A stretch of DNA of 64,000 bases, from assembly GCA_963828525.1 (NCBI GenBank), contig CAWHEP010000008.1, positions 1 through 64,000 of the forward strand. The letters are read 5' to 3'. A program made the position numbers and the translations under genes. The stretch comes from an uncultured Verrucomicrobiae bacterium. GTDB lineage: Bacteria > Verrucomicrobiota > Verrucomicrobiia > Chthoniobacterales > Chthoniobacteraceae. Of this stretch, positions 9,913 through 19,718 are shown one piece after another. Under the pieces are notes generated by a model, which saw nothing but the letters and a program-made list of their open reading frames with translations, ran no database searches and was not told where the DNA came from. Within the stretch, counting starts at the first letter, position 1. Each line of letters opens with the position of its first letter.

Positions 9913-12042
9913 TCAAGCTTCGGCAGCGCGAGGGCGGGCCGCCAGAAGGACACGAACCTTTGAAGCGAGCTCCGGAGGAGAGAAAGGCAGACGCAACAGG
10001 TGCTCGACGAGCCCGCTGTCCTTGAGCGCGTCTTCGGCGCGCCCCGCTATCAACAGGACTGCCAGTCCGGGGTCGGAGGCGCGGAGCTTTCGCAGGAAGG
10101 CCGCGTCGTCCGCGCCCGTAACCTCCATTATGAGCATGCGCGGCGTCCCCACTTTTTCCAGAATGCCGGAGGCCTGGGCGAGATCACGCGCGGCGTATGC
10201 CCGATACTCCTGATCCGCAAGGATGCCGTGAATGAGATCGAGAATGACGGCGTCGCTTTCCACAATGAGGATGGTTTCCTCGCGGGGCGAGAATTCCCCA
10301 GCTTCAGGCGGCGTGACGGGCGGCCCGACTGGGACGGCGGCGATGGGAAGACTAAACTCAAATCGGTTGCCGCCGGGCACAGGCTCGACGAGGAGACTGC
10401 CTTGCGCCTGGGCAGCGATCCCGCGCGCCATGGCAAGATCGAACCCCGGCTGCGGAGCGAGCCATGGACGGAATACGGTGTCCCTGGATTGGGCATCCAA
10501 AGCCGGCGCGGTGTCGCTCACCTCCAACACGGCGCAGGACGGCGCCCCCGCGCCTGATGGCAGGGCCGAAGCGTCCGCAGGACTGGATTTCACACTGACT
10601 TCAACCTTACCGCCGTCGGGCGTCGCTGAGCATCGGTTTGCAACGAGTGTTAAAACCGCGACCTGAAGCTGATCCGGGTCGCAATGCGCGCAAATCCCCT
10701 TCCCTGGATGGACTTCAAGAAGCAGGCGCTCCCCAGCGATATTCCGAAGTTGTGGCTCCAAAGACGCGATCAGCGAACTGAGATCGACTCCGCGCGGCTG
10801 GGTGACCTGAGTCTGGCTGTAGCCTCGCAACCGCTCAATCAGCCGGGCTACCTGTTCTCCCGCGTCGTGAATACGGCCCGCGCCAAGCCGCGCTGTGCTG
10901 TCGTATCCGAGCCGCTGCTGAAGGACTTCGGCGTATCCAAGAATGGCGGTCAGCGGATGGAGCAGCTCGTTTGCAATTTCCCCTGCAACGTTCCGAACCG
11001 CCTCCCCTTCCCAAGCGCGGCGAATCTCGTCATCTGCCTGCTGAGCGGCCACGCGTTCTTTGCGCAACCCACCGAGTTCGCGCGCCATCCTGGAATTCTC
11101 ATCGGATTGAGAGCTGATAGCGAGCGCGAGCCGCCCTACCTCGGAGCGCTCGGATTGCATGGCGGTCAACGCGGTCGGACTCTTCGACTCGATTGCCGCG
11201 GAAAGCTGTCTCAGCGGCCTGCCAACCCACTTTGTCAGGCAGATGGAAAGCGCCAGAAAGATGACGCATGCAAAAACAATGGCAGCCACAATAAGGGCAT
11301 GCATGAGCCGATGGACATCCCGGAGACCCGGCAGATCATTTCTTATATAGAGGGAAGCCACCGGGTGACCATCCCAGCCGGGCAGCGGCCTCGAAAAAGA
11401 GACCACGCCGCTCTTCTCCCCGCGCCCAGACAGGCGGGGATCGTCAGCAGCGATAATCGACACCTCGTCTCCGGAGAAGCGCGACATCTCCCGGAGAGTG
11501 GATTCGGACCAGAGACGCCCGGCAAGCAACAGGCCTGCGTCGGGTTGGGACGACGCCGCGCCACGGGACGTATCCTTCGAAGCCTGCAACTCGAGAATAC
11601 CCTGAGGGACGCGGGCGAAAAATGAATCCCCGCCCCGCGTGAGGCGCTCGGAATCAGCCTGGGGGAAAGTGACGGAGGCTGGGTCGATACCCGTGGACCC
11701 ACCGAAATAGAAGAACACGGAGCGCGGGTTAAATACCCATACGGCGCTGACCTTGTAACTGTCGAGGGTCGCCTCGCGAAAAGCGGAGGCGGGCCAGTGT
11801 CTATCCCCCGCCAGGACAGCCTGCGCGAGGCCATCCATGCTGGAGTAGTTGTCCACAAAGGTCTTGAGAGACTCTCCCCAGCGAGCGCGAAACTCATCGA
11901 ACTGGCGATTGCGCTCCCCTTCTCTGCTGGAAACGATTCGCTTGTATTTGCTCTGCTCGTACAGCCAGACGCCCGAGAGGCTGGCGATGAAAATCGATAC
12001 GATTACCAGAAGGAGCAGGATGATCTTCGCCTGGATCTTCAT
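9913..12042 (-). CDS. membrane-bound hybrid sensor kinase/receiver-like protein with degenerate catalytic motifs (CHASE4-like, HAMP, HisKA, HATPase, REC)
   Basis: TM-periplasmic-TM layout, HAMP (RPLRQL), H-box-like EIANELLHPLTAILGYAE, DPDQLQ..L.LVAN, VSDT and a C-terminal REC-like ILIVESD. Confidence 0.8.
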   Translation of the reverse strand: MKIQAKIILLLLVIVSIFIASLSGVWLYEQSKYKRIVSSREGERNRQFDEFRARWGESLKTFVDNYSSMDGLAQAVLAGDRHWPASAFREATLDSYKVSAVWVFNPRSVFFYFGGSTGIDPASVTFPQADSERLTRGGDSFFARVPQGILELQASKDTSRGAASSQPDAGLLLAGRLWSESTLREMSRFSGDEVSIIAADDPRLSGRGEKSGVVSFSRPLPGWDGHPVASLYIRNDLPGLRDVHRLMHALIVAAIVFACVIFLALSICLTKWVGRPLRQLSAAIESKSPTALTAMQSERSEVGRLALAISSQSDENSRMARELGGLRKERVAAQQADDEIRRAWEGEAVRNVAGEIANELLHPLTAILGYAEVLQQRLGYDSTARLGAGRIHDAGEQVARLIERLRGYSQTQVTQPRGVDLSSLIASLEPQLRNIAGERLLLEVHPGKGICAHCDPDQLQVAVLTLVANRCSATPDGGKVEVSVKSSPADASALPSGAGAPSCAVLEVSDTAPALDAQSRDTVFRPWLAPQPGFDLAMARGIAAQAQGSLLVEPVPGGNRFEFSLPIAAVPVGPPVTPPEAGEFSPREETILIVESDAVILDLIHGILADQEYRAYAARDLAQASGILEKVGTPRMLIMEVTGADDAAFLRKLRASDPGLAVLLIAGRAEDALKDSGLVEHLLRLPFSPPELASKVRVLLAARPRAAEA

Positions 12043-12171
12043 GGCTCAACCGAATTCTGCCAACCGCAGGATCATGCGGCAAACTGAACCGCCGCGCGAC
12101 GGCTCGCACCCCGATTGGATGCGAACCGATGAAGGCTGGCGCGTGGCTAAAGCCATGCGACATGGGCGCTG

Positions 12172-12203
12172 AAAAAAAGAGACACGAAAAGCGTTCGTGT
12201 CTT
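12172..12203 (-). terminator. Rho-independent terminator of acpP
   Basis: 9-bp stem AGACACGAA/TTCGTGTCT with a 5-nt loop, followed on the minus strand by T7. Confidence 0.75.
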
Positions 12204-12257
12204 CCCGCCTGCTCGCAGCTCGCGGAAGCAGACGACTCCGCACAGAAATGGCCCCGC

Positions 12258-12504
12258 TTACTTCGCGGCTTTTTCCTCAATGTACTTTCGTCACGTCTCC
12301 GACGGTCTGAAGTTTCTCGGCGTCTTCATCGGGAACTTCCACGGAGAACTCTTCCTCAAAAGCCATGACGAGCTCGACAGTGTCCAGCGAATCCGCGCCC
12401 AGATCTTCGATGAAAGACGCGGTGGGGGTGACTTGCTCTGGATTGACGCCGAGCTGCTCGACGATGATGTCTTTGACTTTTTCCTCAATTGATTTGTCTG
12501 CCAT
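12258..12504 (-). CDS. acpP: acyl carrier protein (one indel near the 3' end)
   Basis: [20 protein letters not shown] motif. Removing one A restores the end ...[10 protein letters not shown] at 12258. Confidence 0.95.
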
Positions 12505-12609
12505 ACGAAACTGTCTCCGGGTTTAGGTTGGGGGTACGCTTTAATGGACGAACGTTACCTTTGGCAACAAATATTTCGTCCGGCTCCAAACTTTTTAGGA
12601 AACCATCTA

Positions 12610-12638
12610 TTGAGCGGAAAGCCTCTCCAATCTATGCT
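12610..12638 (+). promoter_or_regulatory. putative sigma70 promoter
   Basis: TTGAGC-17 bp-TATGCT, ending about 21 nt upstream of the ATG at 12660. Confidence 0.45.
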
Positions 12639-12659
12639 CGCGCGAACCCGCCCCGCCTT

Positions 12660-14160
12660 ATGGATGAATCCCCTTTTGACCTGAAGCTCCTGCCGGACTG
12701 GCTGAAGGAGGATTCACTCAAGAATCCCTACGCCAACTTCGAGGGCGAAGAACCCGGGCGGGAAAGAAGGGACCGCCGCGAGGATCGTCCGCGCCCCAAG
12801 AACAAGGGGACACAAGGAGGGCCACCTCCTCGGGACGATCGAAATCGAGGCGGCGGGCGGGGTCCCGCAAACAAGGGACGCCGGCCGGATGACCGGCGGG
12901 AGCAGAGGCCCGCTCCCCAACAGCAGCGGATTGTCGAAGGGCCGCCGGTGGAAGTCGCGGTCGAGCTGCTGCCTGACCCGCAGTGTTTGCAGAATGTGAT
13001 TAAGCAAGTGCAGGGCAGCAACCGAGCGTTCCCGCTGTTCGGGCTTGCGCGCATGTTCCTTGAGAAGCCCGAGAGACACCGGGTAAAGATCACGTCCCGA
13101 GACGCGGCGAGACCACTATGGCAGGGGGGAGAGCAGGGCCCGTTGACGCTGGATCGCAGCCAACTAGAAAGCTCCGCCTTTGCAAAGCTGAGTGACCGTT
13201 ACTATACGAAGGAAAGCATTCAGAAGGAACCGCTGAAAGGCAGCTACTCGAATGTGGCCCGGTGCCGCCTGAGCGGGACTATCCTGGGTCCAACAAATCA
13301 CCACTCGTACCAGACGACGCTGCGAAAGCTGTATGAGGAGCGCTTCCAAAGGCGCATGTCCTTCCCCGATTACCAGCGGGAGATCGATAAAGTTACTGAC
13401 CCGGCCGGTGATCGAGGCGTGGAAGGAAAACTCCCGGTCCGCGACACTGTACAAAACGCTGAATGAGCCTGAGGAGATGATTTTTGAGTCAACAAGCCTG
13501 GCGGAAGAACACTTCCGAAAGAACTATCTTGAAAAAGAGATACGGAGCGCCAGCAGCTTCGAGGTGCCGGGACTGGTGAGCCGTGATCTCCCTGATCGCC
13601 GGCTCGGCGCAGCGGTGCGGCAGGCTTGGGAGAATGAAAGAAAGTTCCCAGTGGGATTCGCAAATCAGCTCAGGAGGCATTTCGGGGACGCGGGTCTGCA
13701 AGTCTTTAAACATCGGAAGCGCGTGCTGTTTGTCTCGGCGATCCGTCCCGCGACGTTTAGCGACCAGCAGGCATCGCTCTCGGAAAGCGTGGCGACGATA
13801 TTGAAGACTATCGAAAAAACTCCCCACTGCGGGAGGGCTGATCTCGCCGCCGTCGCTCTGGAAGGCAAACCTGAGGAGGATCACGCGCGGATCAAGACAT
13901 CACTCGCCTCCGACCTGCACTGGCTGATCCGGTCCGGGCATGTGATCGAATTTCACGACGGCAGTCTGGATCTTCCAGCCCCGCCCCGGCCCGCGAACGA
14001 ACCTCGCGAGGAGACCACGGTCGCGAGCAAAACAGATGGCTCGGAGATTCCTGTCTCACCGGAAGACAAGGTTCCGGCGTCCGAGGAACCAGAGGCGGCG
14101 AAGGCTCCGGTGGACGCGCTGCCCGCGAAGGAGCCAGATGCCGTCGAACCGCTTGCCTGA
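12660..14160 (+). CDS. hypothetical protein with R/G/P-rich disordered N-terminus (frameshift near 13405)
   Basis: Two overlapping long ORFs join into about 500 aa: MDESPFDLKLLPDWLKE...LGPTNHHSYQ...DLHWLIRSGHVIEF. Confidence 0.7.
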
Positions 14161-14194
14161 AGCGGAACCGACTGCAATGTCCCGAAAGCGCTCT

Positions 14195-15614
14195 TCAGAA
14201 TCCCGGGGGAATCTGCTTTGCCAGCAGCGCGGGACGCTCTCGGAGCACCTTCAGGATCATTTCGCCAAAGAGGTTGTTAACCCAGGCGAACCAGCGTCGG
14301 GAGTATTTTGCAGGATCATCTTTTTGGAAGGATTCATGCATAAAGCCCGTTCCGGCAGAGGAGGTCTTTAGCATGGCAAGGCACTTTGTGATCTCGGCGT
14401 CGTCGGTGCTGGTAAGCGCGCGACAGATGATGCCCATCGGCCAGATATAGTCTTTGCCTCTATGAGGGCTGCAAGTCCCTTCGGCGGCAATGCCACGGCA
14501 AAAATAGGGATCATCGGAGCTGAGGGAATAGTTGCGAGCGGCGAGAACGAGAGGATCGCCGGCCAGTGAAGGACAAAGGTATGGAATAGAGACCAAACCG
14601 GGAATGCCGGCGTCTTCCATGAGGAAGGTGTGCCCGAGACCGTCGCACTCGTAGCCATACATGGTCTTCCATTTGGGATCGTTCAGTATGCCGAAGTCGT
14701 GGATGCCCTTCTGCACTTCTGCCTGCAGGGCGCGACATTCCGCGCCGAAACTGTCACCAGGCTTCATGGCGGCAGACATCTCGGATAACTGGGCAAGGGC
14801 TGTTACCGCAAACAGATTATCCGGTATGTTGAAAGGGTAGGTTGTCGCGTCGTCGGAATCGCGGAAGGCGGAGCAAATCATGCCGGTGGGCTTCATAGGA
14901 GGGCCATAGCCGCTCTCTCCCGCCCTGGGCCTGCCGCGTGAGAAACGGTACATCCCCTGCCCGTCTTTGCGCTGTTGATCGCGCATCGTGGCGACAGCAA
15001 GGCGCATCGCTTTCCACCAAGTCACGTCGAAGGTGGCGTTGTCGCCGGTGGCCTTCCAGGTACTGGTACGAAAGGCGGATCGGGTAACACAGAGAGTCGA
15101 GTTCCCATTTGCGTTCGAAGACTCCCGGACGCATTTCGGTCGCATCGTTAAGATGGGGACTGGGACGCGAGGCATCTTTCTGGAAGGCGTTCGCGTAGGG
15201 ATCGATGAGGATATAAGCCGCCTGGCGATGGATGAGCCCAGAGAACATCTCCGCCAAATGGGCATCGGCCTTGCAAAGCGGGAGGTAGGCCTGAACCTGC
15301 GCTGAGGAATCGCGCAGCCACATGGCATTGATATCGCCGGTGATGACGTATGTATCCGGTTTTCCGTCCACGGTGGCAAAGTTCACCGTGGTATCAAGCG
15401 TGTTCGGGTAACATGCTTCGAAAATCCAGGCGAGCACGGGGTCGCCTATGGCGGCTGTGACGCGAGCGATCTCTTTCTCGACCGCTTCGCTCGTGAACTT
15501 CCGTTTGGCGACCGGTGGCCGAACGGAAGTTAGCGTGGCTGCAGGCTCTGCGGAGGCGAGCGAAGGAAGAACCAGAGCGCATAGAAGAGCAGGGAGATGA
15601 AGGCGGGAGATCAT
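14195..15614 (-). CDS. glycoside hydrolase family 125 (exo-alpha-1,6-mannosidase-like), secreted; frameshift near 15060
   Basis: Signal peptide, CYPNTLDTTV, ITGDINAMWLRDSSAQ, FERKWELDSLCYP, IWPM, GTGFMHESF and WFAWVNNLFGE motifs. Confidence 0.9.
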
Positions 15615-15743
15615 AGCTAAGAAGGAGAGAACAGACGCCACGCTCAACCGGCATCACTCTTATTTTAAACAGAGTTGGGCCCGAATCACAAGTGTTGCAA
15701 AAAGGCGTATTGACCGCTGATGAGAAAGCTGAAAACTCGGAGA

Positions 15744-18737
15744 ATGCGCAAATTCCTCCCCCTCGCCGCAATCAGCCTTGCAACTCTTTTCAACTCGCCG
15801 GCGGCGAAGGCTGCGGACGATGGGAGTGGCGATATCTTCCCGGCATTACCAGCCGCGCGTGATGCGGTGAATTGGAAGAACGGCTATTTCTGGATCAACG
15901 GGAAGCCGACATTGATCCGTTCCGGATCGATCCACTACGCCCGTGTGCCGCGGGAATTGTGGCGTGATCGCATTTGGAGGCTGAAGATGATGGGCTTCAA
16001 CTGCGTACAGTCCTATGTCTTTTGGAACGCGTCCGAGCCGAGGGAGGGCGTTTGGGATTTTACGGATAACAACGATCTGGACGCGTGGCTTTCGCTGCTG
16101 AAGGAGATGGGTATGTACGCGCTGGTGCGTGTGGGGCCTTATTCATGCGCGGAATGGGAAGAAGGAGGATACCCGGCGTGGTTGAGCATAAAGCCCGGAA
16201 TGATCCAGCGGGAGATGGGCCCTGTCGTGCCTTATGTGGACGCTCATCTTAAAAAGATCGAAGAGATTACAGCCAGGCACCAGGTCAACCGGGGCGGGTG
16301 TGTTTTCATGGTGCAACTGGAGAACGAACATTCCAGAGGCTGGGGCACCGATGTGAGCGACCCTTTTCTCAAGCACCTCGACGACGAGGCCCGAGCCAAC
16401 GGCATAGAAGTGCCGATGTTTAACTCAGGGTTGCATCACAGTTCAGACCCGTCGGGCGAAGTCCCTTTCACTCCTGGCGCTTCTCCCTGGTATAGCACCG
16501 AGTTCTGGACGGGCTGGATAGGCAAATACGGTGAGATGGCGCCGGGAGCATTAAGCGAAAAGATACGCGGCACATGGAAAATCCTGGCGTTCGGGGGCGC
16601 GGGATACAACTACTACATGGCTCACGGGGGCACCAACTTTGGGTACTCCGGAAGCGGGGAGCCGCCGGGAGTTTCGTACGACTACTCAGCCCCGGTGGGA
16701 GAGGCGGGGCAGCTCCGAACCCTATACTACGCGGCGCGCCGCGCGGCCTGGTTTGCGAATAGCTTCACCCCGCTGCTGGCGGGCAGCCACAACGACCCGG
16801 GGTTTGCGAAATGCGATCAGCCCAGCGCGCGAGTCACCACCCGTACCAACCCAACAGGCGGCAGCATCGTGTTCGTCGATCACTTTCAGCGGAAGGGGGG
16901 CGCCGGACCGGTCGCGGCTATTCTTCCCGACGCGGGCGCTTATCATCCGCCAAAGGCCGACGCGAACGGTATTCTGGATACGCGTCTTGAAGTAAGCGGA
17001 GTTACCCTGACTCACCCCGGCATGCTGCGTGTCGCTACACTCGAGCCCAGCACGGTGATTATTAACCTGCCGTGGACCGCGTCCGCGACATTCCAAACGA
17101 TCTGGACCAACGTGCTGCTGCGGCAAAGCATCGGTGGCGTGGACTACTGGGTCTGCTATGGCCGCGCTGGCGAATCCGGCGAGGTCACTGTCAGACGGGT
17201 TCCCGAAAATAAGTCTCCTTTTATATACAAATTCACCTATCCAACCGGAGATGCGGTGACAGAACTCAGCATTCCATCTGGAGACGGGCAGGAAGCGAAA
17301 TTTCTCGTGATGAACACCGAGATGACGAACCGCACGTGGTTTGCCCATGATAAATTGTATGTGGGCGCTTCTTTTGCGCGTGAAGACGGGCGCGTGGAGT
17401 TCCCGCCCGAGGGGGGCAGAGCAGCCATCTACACGGCATCAGGGAAGCAGGAAATCGTGCAGAACGGCATTGCCGCCCCCAGTCTGCCCGCGCTGACCTC
17501 GTGGACGTGGCGTGATGGCGCGGCGCAAGGGGCTGCCGATTATGCCACTGCAGGATGGCTTCAATCCGAAGGCCCGCGCCCAATGGAAACGTACGATGGC
17601 TACCAGAACCTCTATGGCTGGTATCGAACGACGCTACATTGTGACTCAGCAGGCCCCGTGTATCTTCACTTCGGAGGGGGATCGGGCACCGTCACTCCGT
17701 TCTTGAATGGCAGCCAGGAGGCGGCGGAATCTTTCAGGGACGGACAACCGGGAACTCTGGAAATAGCAAACGCCAAGGCCGGAGATAACGCGCTCGCGTT
17801 ACTCGTGAAAGCGCCGCCTCGACCGAAAACCACCTATCATGGCGCAGTGGGAAAAAAGAACGCGCGGGGGCTATGGGGTGGCGTCTCTAATGAAAAAGCC
17901 GCCCAGATGCTCAGTGTGAGTTGGAAAAAGTGGGAGAAGCCGCCAAGGGACGTTGATGTCAAAGCGCTCGCCCAGCCGAGCTACGACGACTCGACGTGGT
18001 CCGCGTTGCCAGCAGACGCTATGAAGGTTTCTGCCACTCGAGGAGACTCCTGGTATCGAGGTTCTTTCACGATCACTGCCGGACAGGTTGATTCCATGCT
18101 TGAGTCGCCGGAATTCAGGCATCCCAAACCGGGGCAGGCGAAAACGAGCATGACCGGCGGCATGGCACTTTACCTGAATGGACAGTTGGTGGAGGAACGC
18201 GTCGAAGACGTGTCACGCATACTCGTGCCGGGGAAAAATGAGATCCTTCTAAACATACAGAGCAGGCTTGGGGATGACACTGGGGAGCTGGCCATTGGCC
18301 TGTGGCATAACTCCGCCTCAAGCAAGACTCCGTGGTTCTTCCATGCCGGCCTTGATTCCATTCAAGAGACCGCGATCATCGGGCGGGCATTGAACTGGGA
18401 GGGCTTCCTCACCGGCAAGCCGTGGCAGACCGGTGATCCGGCAACGAAAGGCAGACCAACTTTTTGGAGGTGCACATTCGCGGCGCCCCGAAGCGCTGGC
18501 GCGAGAGCGCCGATCGGGCTTAACACGACCGGACTGAAGGCCGGGCAGGCATGGCTGAACGGCCATAACCTCGGGGATACGCCGCAGGGTTATCCAATGT
18601 ACATGCCCGAATGCTGGATCAAAGAGAGCGGCAACGACCTTGTGATCTTTGATCTCTACGGCAATAAGCCAGACCAGGTGACGGCGCGACAGTATGAGGC
18701 GTTCTCGATCGCGCAAGCGGCACAGCCGACGCCCTGA
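15744..18737 (+). CDS. glycoside hydrolase family 35 beta-galactosidase-like protein with C-terminal beta-sandwich domains
   Basis: Signal peptide, SGSIHYARVP, VRVGPYSCAEW, QLENE (acid/base), TEFWTGW (nucleophile), YYMAHGGTNFG, SYDYSAP and GQAWLNGHNLG motifs. Confidence 0.9.
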   Translation: MRKFLPLAAISLATLFNSPAAKAADDGSGDIFPALPAARDAVNWKNGYFWINGKPTLIRSGSIHYARVPRELWRDRIWRLKMMGFNCVQSYVFWNASEPREGVWDFTDNNDLDAWLSLLKEMGMYALVRVGPYSCAEWEEGGYPAWLSIKPGMIQREMGPVVPYVDAHLKKIEEITARHQVNRGGCVFMVQLENEHSRGWGTDVSDPFLKHLDDEARANGIEVPMFNSGLHHSSDPSGEVPFTPGASPWYSTEFWTGWIGKYGEMAPGALSEKIRGTWKILAFGGAGYNYYMAHGGTNFGYSGSGEPPGVSYDYSAPVGEAGQLRTLYYAARRAAWFANSFTPLLAGSHNDPGFAKCDQPSARVTTRTNPTGGSIVFVDHFQRKGGAGPVAAILPDAGAYHPPKADANGILDTRLEVSGVTLTHPGMLRVATLEPSTVIINLPWTASATFQTIWTNVLLRQSIGGVDYWVCYGRAGESGEVTVRRVPENKSPFIYKFTYPTGDAVTELSIPSGDGQEAKFLVMNTEMTNRTWFAHDKLYVGASFAREDGRVEFPPEGGRAAIYTASGKQEIVQNGIAAPSLPALTSWTWRDGAAQGAADYATAGWLQSEGPRPMETYDGYQNLYGWYRTTLHCDSAGPVYLHFGGGSGTVTPFLNGSQEAAESFRDGQPGTLEIANAKAGDNALALLVKAPPRPKTTYHGAVGKKNARGLWGGVSNEKAAQMLSVSWKKWEKPPRDVDVKALAQPSYDDSTWSALPADAMKVSATRGDSWYRGSFTITAGQVDSMLESPEFRHPKPGQAKTSMTGGMALYLNGQLVEERVEDVSRILVPGKNEILLNIQSRLGDDTGELAIGLWHNSASSKTPWFFHAGLDSIQETAIIGRALNWEGFLTGKPWQTGDPATKGRPTFWRCTFAAPRSAGARAPIGLNTTGLKAGQAWLNGHNLGDTPQGYPMYMPECWIKESGNDLVIFDLYGNKPDQVTARQYEAFSIAQAAQPTP

Positions 18738-19718
18738 TCAGACAAGAAGCATGCAGTCCCCATAGCTGTAGAATCGGTAACGCTCGCGAACCGCTTCACG
18801 GTAAGCGCGCAGCACGAGATCCATGCCGCCGAAGGCGCAGACCAGCATGAGCAAAGTCGATTTGGGCAAATGAAAGTTTGTCAGCAGCGCGCCAGCTATG
18901 CGGAATCGATAAGGGGGATGTATGAAAATGCTGGTGCTCCCCTCTCCCGCCGCTATCTGCCCCTCGGAGGTGACGCAGGATTCCAGGACCCGCATGGTGG
19001 TTGTTCCAACGGCGACGATCCGCTGGGAACTGTTGATCGCGCTGGCTGTCGGTGCTGACACCGCAAAGCGCTCGGAATGCATTTGGTGATCGGAGAGGAT
19101 ATCCGTCTGCACCGGCTTGAAAGTGCCCGCGCCCACATGGAGGGTAAGGAAAACGTGGGGGATAAGAGCGAGCATCTCTGATGTAAAGTGCAGACCAGCC
19201 GTGGGAGCGGCAACCGCTCCCGGGTTGCGCGCATACACCGTCTGGTAACGTTCCGCGTCAACGGAATCCGCGCCCCGGCGGATATAGGGCGGAAGTGGCA
19301 TTTCGCCGACTTCGTCAGGGTCGATCGCGCGGTCGAAGCGAACCATGCGCGCCCCGTCTGGAAGCGTCTCCAAAATCTCTCCTTCTGCGCCAGCGATTGA
19401 CACTCGCCGGCCGGGAATCATTTTGCGGCCAGGGCGAACCAGACATTTCCATGTATTCGGAGAGGTCTGTTCCAGAAGGAAAATCTCGATCTTTCGGTCC
19501 GTGGAAAGGAGCCTGGCTGGTATGACTTTTGTGTCATTCAACACGACAAGATCGCCGGGATTGATGAGTGATGAGAAATGCTCGAAGGACCCATGCTCAA
19601 TCGTCCCCTGCGCGCGATTCAGGATCATCATTCGGGAATCCTGGCGCCGTTCAGAGGGACGCTGCGCAATGAGAGACTCAGGCAGATCGTAGTCGAAATC
19701 GCGAGTAGACAAACTCAT
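18738..19718 (-). CDS. queA: S-adenosylmethionine:tRNA ribosyltransferase-isomerase
   Basis: DFDYDLP, NDTKVIPAR, PLPPYI, YQTVYA, AAPTAGLHF, TNFHLPKSTL and YRFYSYGD motifs. Confidence 0.97.
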   Translation of the reverse strand: MSLSTRDFDYDLPESLIAQRPSERRQDSRMMILNRAQGTIEHGSFEHFSSLINPGDLVVLNDTKVIPARLLSTDRKIEIFLLEQTSPNTWKCLVRPGRKMIPGRRVSIAGAEGEILETLPDGARMVRFDRAIDPDEVGEMPLPPYIRRGADSVDAERYQTVYARNPGAVAAPTAGLHFTSEMLALIPHVFLTLHVGAGTFKPVQTDILSDHQMHSERFAVSAPTASAINSSQRIVAVGTTTMRVLESCVTSEGQIAAGEGSTSIFIHPPYRFRIAGALLTNFHLPKSTLLMLVCAFGGMDLVLRAYREAVRERYRFYSYGDCMLLV

